A stretch of 41,448 bases of DNA from Nemertoderma westbladi (Eukaryota; Animalia; Xenacoelomorpha). The notes below the pieces were generated by a model. It had not been told where the DNA came from. It saw nothing but the letters and a program-made list of their open reading frames with translations, and searched no databases. The DNA is taken from the NCBI GenBank assembly GCA_032718475.1, contig JAUCBJ010002963.1, positions 1 through 41,448 of the forward strand. The letters run 5' to 3'. Position 1 is the first letter of the stretch. Every line of letters begins with the position of its first letter. The position numbers and the translations under genes were made by a program. This document shows positions 35,535-41,448 of this stretch, in pieces.

Positions 35535-36046
35535 CTTTCCATAATGTCACCATGGCAACAACCACGCTAGAATTAGAAGTGAGTTAAAAGAACAATAAAG
35601 GCTTGCCCCATTGAATAGCATAAGGAATAAAATAGCACACTGCTAGTATCCCAGGATACCCAATAATAACGTGGCATTCTGGAAGGCACTGACTAACGGA
35701 CAAATGGCCCGAATGTGTGCGATTTGTGACAGTAGGGTGGAATTTGTGCGTTTATAGGTGAATGTTACTACTAAAGTGTGTTTACAGTAGCGAGTCGCAA
35801 TTGTGAAAGTAGCCCTAACTCTCCAGTAAGAACCTGAAGTAAATCTAAGCCTTTGGGGCAGACGGTGGAGTGACTCGCGCTGGTTGTTGTGGTCGTTGTG
35901 CAGCTACTACATTGGCGATAGGCACATCGGCGAAAGTACACCAGCGCTGAGGATCTTGCGCTGTCCGGGGGCCGAGAGGGGTAGGCAGCGACGCCCGCTA
36001 GCCTAATTATAACTAATTATAATATTGATAAACTCATATAGCAGCT

Positions 36047-37371
36047 ATGACTGAATTGATAGAAGATGATCTTGGTATCAGGGAGAAATATACTCCACCG
36101 TTGCAAGCGTTTGTTGATAGCTTGATACGCAGCGACGCTAGTCCAACTACTACGGAGGACGATGGTCATTATATCGAACCGCCGATGTCCCAGGAGCAAC
36201 TTACGCGTGAATTGGACTATCGAAAATTCACTGCTCGCTATACGCATCGTAATGGTACGCATATGGACTTCTCGGACGATGTCGACACCGAAAGGGAAAT
36301 GGTACTATTTAAATATCCTACCCAGCGGAGTCGGAATGATAAACTGAAAATAGAATGCGAAAATTCTATTCGAAATCGACTCGAAAGAGAAGACGTTAAA
36401 GAACCGGATAAACGCAGTAACTCCAACGTATATTTGGAATTCTTGAGAGAAACGTTGTAAAACCGAATAAATATCACCCGCGTTTCCCCTACAAGACGTG
36501 CGTCTTTGGTATTATTGCGATGAATGCCCAAGACCCAACCAACAAACGGAAAGACATACACATCCGCGGAGACATTGCTTTAAACACGGTTTTACTCGCT
36601 ATATTTACAGGAGTTTCGAGCGAAACTTGTTCGATGTATCACCTACGCTCGCTCGATTCAAACGATCCTTAAATAAACCTATGATCAGAGTTCCAGAATA
36701 CTCGGTCAGACCTCCTCATTCCCTGGTGAGACCTCAGACTCTTGATCCTAATAGTATCACGGATCCTCCCGAGCTTACTCACTGTTCAAAGATCTAGTGT
36801 TACCCGAACGGTTAGTCGGTGGCACTCCGGTTGTGGGCTCCCTAGATATTCGCCCATCTTACTTAGCCGGATTGGGACGCGGACATCTAATATCGCCATT
36901 CAACCGTATCATCGTCCCTGTTTAACCCGATACAACCTGTCACCAAGGCGGAGGAGAGAGTTGTACGAAACGTGTTGGACACTATTCGTCAAAAGATCGG
37001 AAAAGGAACCTATAACTGTTTAGAAAAACGTAAATTGCAGCAGCAAGTCCAAGCGGTAAACGAATTAGCTTTATCTCAGTTCGATCAGGAAATCCAGAAT
37101 CTCTAAGAAGATATCGAACTTGGACGACCCTATTCTCTGCAAGAGTTTTGGACGAACGCATCCAACGATAAGCGGAGGAAAATCAGCTCGAGGAGAAGCA
37201 TATCGAAATGGACGAGACATCGACCGTAACCCTAAACCTTCCGATGCAATTGTATTGCACCCTTTACCCAGGAGTTATAGCCCTCCTAGTAAAGTGGCTC
37301 GCCCCAAAGAGAAAAGGACTCTTGCTAGCCTCAAAAGGCTGCGTAAACGCCGTCCGCGCAAGAAAGACTAA
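36047..37371 (+). pseudogene. Decayed accessory ORF region of unknown function just upstream of the 3' LTR
   Basis: A 137-aa ATG ORF (36047..36460) is followed by overlapping protein-like frames to ~37370. The region is richer in GC and CpG than its flanks. No recognisable domain. Confidence 0.4.
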
Positions 37372-37441
37372 CTGTTTAGAGTATTTTTATATTATAGAAA
37401 CTGTGATTTTGTATATTTTATAGACTCAAATCCCATTTTCT

Positions 37442-37449
37442 GGGAGCAG
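37442..37449 (+). promoter_or_regulatory. Polypurine tract (short, BEL-like)
   Basis: GGGAGCAG immediately before the TGT of the 3' LTR. Confidence 0.6.
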
Positions 37450-38614
37450 TGTAAAGGCTTTTGCGGAATTAGCTAGTTATTTTCCCCGCAAAGTACTCTG
37501 TAGTTGTTTTAACGGACATAAAAAGCCGTTTCCTTACTGTAACGGTGTTTTAGTGGACATAAAAAGCCATTTCTTCTGTATGTGTACTTTAGCGGACATA
37601 ACTAGCGATTTTATGTCGCAATAAGCCAAATACTCTAAACATCGGAACTAAGATGACGACATCTATCAGCTGTGTCCACGTGTAACTTTTTCTTTGTTCT
37701 TTGTTCGTTCTTTGTTCGGTTGACCAATCAGAGCGGTTTTCACTCTGTGTTGGACATTGTATGCAGAGGCTCACGCAATTCAGTCAGTGTGTGTATTTTT
37801 CCTGATGCCAGAAGACCGGCTGTGGAATGATTCTATGTTTCAGGCTTTAGCCAAACATTAGTAGGCTTTGGTCATAGAAACGTATAACTGTTATCAAACC
37901 AACTCAGTACATATGCATTATGCTTTCACCGCATTATTTCACTGCTATTTATGGTTTATTCGGTTATTAATTATATCAGTTGATGGAATATTATTATATT
38001 TGGATAACATCGATAAATAATCATAAAACCCCAATCTTCTTGATATACTGAAGGTAAGAGACCAGTTACATATAACAATTGCGACTTACATTAAAGTGGT
38101 TTTGGAGTGAATCTAATGCTATTTCATAGGCACTACATGTGTCGGTTGCTGTTCTCTTTATATGTGACTAAAATTAGTGAAGGTCGGCAGATCGGTGTGC
38201 AGCATTGTGCGGTAGTGTGCATGATTGTGACAGATAACAAAGCATCTCCTAAAGAATGCGCTTTATACGTGAATCAATTGCCATCCCAGTGTGTCTAGTG
38301 TAAGTCATAACTCTGTTTACATACTTAGAGCGCCACGTCCTAAAGGAACTGTTGATATTTCCCGAAAGTGAATAATATTTGTCAGAAATTATATATTAAC
38401 AATCAGTCGAATAATACAGTAGGCCTACACCACAATAAGGTCAAAGCTTCCGAATCCAGTCTCCCGGGTATATCCAGCGGGTGAATGGTCGCACATAGAC
38501 TGGCTTCGGCTAATGTAGTGTATCAAATACTCGTCATAGGCTAAAGTCGATTTATAATCTAGAAGACATCTAAATTTGGCAGGTTAAACTGCTAAAGGTC
38601 TGAAAGCGCGAACA
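37450..38614 (+). repeat. 3' LTR (1165 bp)
   Basis: Near-identical copy of 25557..26722 with a one-base deletion (GGCACGATC vs GGCAGATC). Confidence 0.95.
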
Positions 38615-40530
38615 ATTTCCATAGCTCCTCTAATCCCTGAGGATGTCCAATGTACCTCTGCGCTAATTCCTTTGGATAGCTTTCTAAACAGTCTATTAAG
38701 AAACGTAGTTTCTCACTATTTGGTAATGGTGAACTAAATATACTGTCTTTCACATATTCTCTAAATGGGAGCCATTTTAATTCATTTCCATCAAATTTAA
38801 TAATTTCACCTACTTTAACTGCCTGATGCACTTCGGTACGCGCTAATTGGCGGGTAAAACTATCCTGAGCTACTAGTACTATTAAACATAGTATTAAATG
38901 TAGACTTAACACGGGGGCCTACATTAGTCTGTGGGGGTCTATAAATGTTGTTATTATTTTGTGTGTCATTTTGTACACCCGTGTTATATTCAGGGTTTTT
39001 AACATTATGTAAGATAGAAGGGCGTGACATATTCTCAGCTTCAATGTCATTGATGTTAGAGGCTCTCTTCAGAATCTGATACTCAGGGGAATCAGGGTTT
39101 CTGATCACATTAGAGTTGTTTGAGGCCAATAGGTTTTGAGAATTGGATAACTTCTGGTGTAGTTCCTCCAGAACTTTGGCTGCTTGTATAGATTCACCCT
39201 GCAACTCCTGTAAACGTCGGCGCTGCACAACTCGCGCTTGCTCATTACTGGCGGCTTCATCATGTTGCTGTAGATGCTGCCGCTGTTGTTGCTGCTTGTC
39301 CACAGCTGCTTTTGCTTGCTGATTTTCTTCGCTCACTATCTCTCATTGTTTATTGAATCGATTTAATTCAAAATCGATATTGCCCAATTGTTTCATTTTA
39401 TTGTTTACTGCCTCTTGCATGGCTTGCAGGTTCAATGAAGATTCATTTAAGCGCTCCCTGTAGAGGGAATCTCCATTGTCTGCATCCCCGCCCAATACCC
39501 AGGAGGATCCGCTGTCCCTCGCCGTCTCAACCTATCCAGAGGCGGCATAATGTCCTTCATGGGAGTCGGAAATGGGGGACAAGCTTGGGCCCAGGGTATG
39601 ACTATTTAATGGGTGGGCGTAGGCAGTACAAGACATTCTATTGGTAATTATTGGGATTTGTTGCACCTGTTTTGGGCTTACTGTAGGCGTAACTATTCTG
39701 TCCCTAATTACTGTAGAAATTTTAGGCTGTAAGTTATCTGCCTGATTACTTCCTACTGCAGTTGTAGAAATACCAATAGATGTATTTTTGGTTTGGGTCA
39801 CTGTGGCCATAGATGTTACGTTCGGCCTGGGGGAATTTATTAATATTTGAGGGGCAATATTTGGAGCCGTAGAAGGGACAATTGATGGTTTAAAGAAATC
39901 GCTGTCAGAGTCAGTCCTAACATTTGTGGATGTCGGATTATTTTTGATTGGTTCAATACGATGTTGTGGCGGCAGTTCTGGGAGACGATGTCATTCGGCT
40001 GATTCAATAACGTCTTCTGCTTCTAGAGATTCGAGATTGATCAGACCATTTATCAAACTCTTCTGTAGACGTATAACAAAAAATGTCGCTAGTACGGGTT
40101 TTTCGACGGCATACCTTGACTTGGGAGTCCGACTGTTGTTTTTCCAGTGATTTAATCTCCTCCTATACATTCTCTTGCTGCCTTTTAATCTGTATACTCC
40201 TATGCTGAGCCTGAAACGGGGCTACAAGTTCTTCAGCTTCACGTTTATGTTCCTCAACAAGACCTCAACAGTTTGCGTTTCTCAGCTTCCAGTTTGCGTT
40301 CCTCAGCTTCTCGCATCCACTGCAAACGTTCATCCTCTTCCTGATCTTGTAGTTGTTTCAGTTTGTTTTTATTATTATTATGTTATTATGTCCTGATCTG
40401 TCAAGGATTTTTTTCGCTGTTCCTTCTAGTATTCTATGTCGAGATCCTTTAGGATCTTTATTTTCGTGGGACTGGAAGGGTGGTGTCCGCAAAGTCTTCT
40501 TGTTAGTTCTTATTTGCCCACCTGTTCTAT
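38615..40530 (-). pseudogene. gag: Outer BEL/Pao element, 5' part of gag (extended N-terminus and capsid-like domain), frameshifted
   Basis: AQDSFTRQLARTEVHQAVKVGEIIKFDGNELKWLPF...GHPQGLEELWK aligns with the inner Gag AQESFTRQMARTKARQAVKVGEIVKFNGDEMKWLPF. Upstream ELTRRL and HRLPELPP match inner ELRRRL and QKLPDLPP. The frame continues at 25551 once the TSD is removed. Confidence 0.85.
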
Positions 40531-41448
40531 ATAACTTCTAATAACTTCTAATAACATTACAGGGTCAGCCTTAATTTGGACTGAGCACACTTATGATTTA
40601 TTAATACCGGAATTACTGTTACGACTTGACTGAGCTAGTAGTAGTTGACTGACCTAGTAGACTGTAGTTTTATACAGATTAAAAATCCATAGGTAATGAC
40701 GACTACACGACAAATAAATGATATAATAAATATAACAGGTAAATTATAGATATAAGGAATATAAATCTGAACCCAATCAGATAGGATGGGTCTTTCGACG
40801 CAATAAAAATTCATCTCTCTCAAGGGGAAATTGGACGCAAATAACAGATGATTACTCTCCAAAAATAAAACCGTTACCTGTTCTATTGTGTTTAGTTTAT
40901 TGTTTTGATTAAAATAACGTGCCACTGTAACCTGCTCCTTTCCATAAATTGAGAATATCTTTAACATTGAGGAGAGATTTGCGTCGAGTTTCCTTCCCCC
41001 TGTCTCGAAACAATGTTACATAATGGGACAACTCAAAAGCGAGTGTTCAACTCAAAACTATAATAGGCCTACTACGTCGAATCTTTTTTATATTTCCCAC
41101 ATTAACTAAATATACCGATTCGATTCAAGGTTGTAAAGGAAACAGCAGCCACAATCTGATTGGCGAAATTTCAGAAACAAACTTACAGTAAATTGGATGT
41201 TTGTTGATATAGAAACCACAATTAGATTTGTTTCCCCGTGATTTGTAAAGTTGTTACAGTAGAACGAGTTCACAAAAGTCGAGGAAACAAAAAATGACAA
41301 AATAGGCCGCTCGGCCCACCATATTGCTAAGGGTGTTAAAATGTGTGTATATCGTTATTTTTAACGCAATCTCGTATTTCATTGGAGAGTAGACATGACA
41401 ATAGATACTATAGATAGGCACGTATAATCCTATAAATAACAGATAGGA

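Larger units (their letters stand above)
25557..38614 (+). mobile_element. Complete non-autonomous BEL/Pao LTR retrotransposon (13,058 bp) with 5-bp TSD ATTTC
   Basis: Paired TGT...ACA LTRs; ATTTC at 25552-25556 and 38615-38619; GGGAGCAG PPT before the 3' LTR; BEL-type triple Zn knuckle Gag and protease. Confidence 0.95.

Noticed and set aside
36795-37110. Alternative genetic code (TAA/TAG = Gln) making the accessory frame continuous
   Set aside because: Other ORFs in the window, including the element's own polyprotein, end in TAA/TAG and use CAA/CAG normally. Ordinary decay explains the stops.

Overview
AT-rich eukaryotic DNA, probably from an invertebrate animal, made up almost entirely of nested transposable elements around one candidate host gene. 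From 5' to 3': (1) a 3.1-kb non-autonomous DNA transposon with ~80-bp TIRs built from TTTGATCAAA palindromes (2..3114); (2) an array of 12 CTACGCGTAG palindromes; (3) a 5'-truncated Ty1/Copia (GalEa-like) element with an open RT-RNaseH ORF, a deleted integrase core and a 3' LTR; (4) a pile of RTE, L2 and CR1/Crack LINE fragments (11.7-17.4 kb); (5) a minus-strand gene for a secreted protein with two copies of an unfamiliar Cys-rich module plus a (P6T2)n stalk (17963..19030); (6) two related BEL/Pao LTR elements nested head-to-head. The inner BEL element (25557..38614) is complete and young, with ~1165-bp LTRs about 99% identical and an ATTTC TSD. It encodes one ~1660-codon frame: a very long N-terminally extended Gag plus protease, with RT and the integrase core removed by two separate in-frame deletions. 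It also has a 2.3-kb repeat-rich leader with no visible PBS and a 3.4-kb 3' region with extra ORF remnants. The outer, older relative also shows Gag-PR without RT. The best candidate for something new is this Gag-protease-only, apparently trans-mobilised BEL/Pao lineage; the second is the Cys-rich/Pro-Thr secreted protein. All family assignments come from motif recognition by eye; no searches were run.
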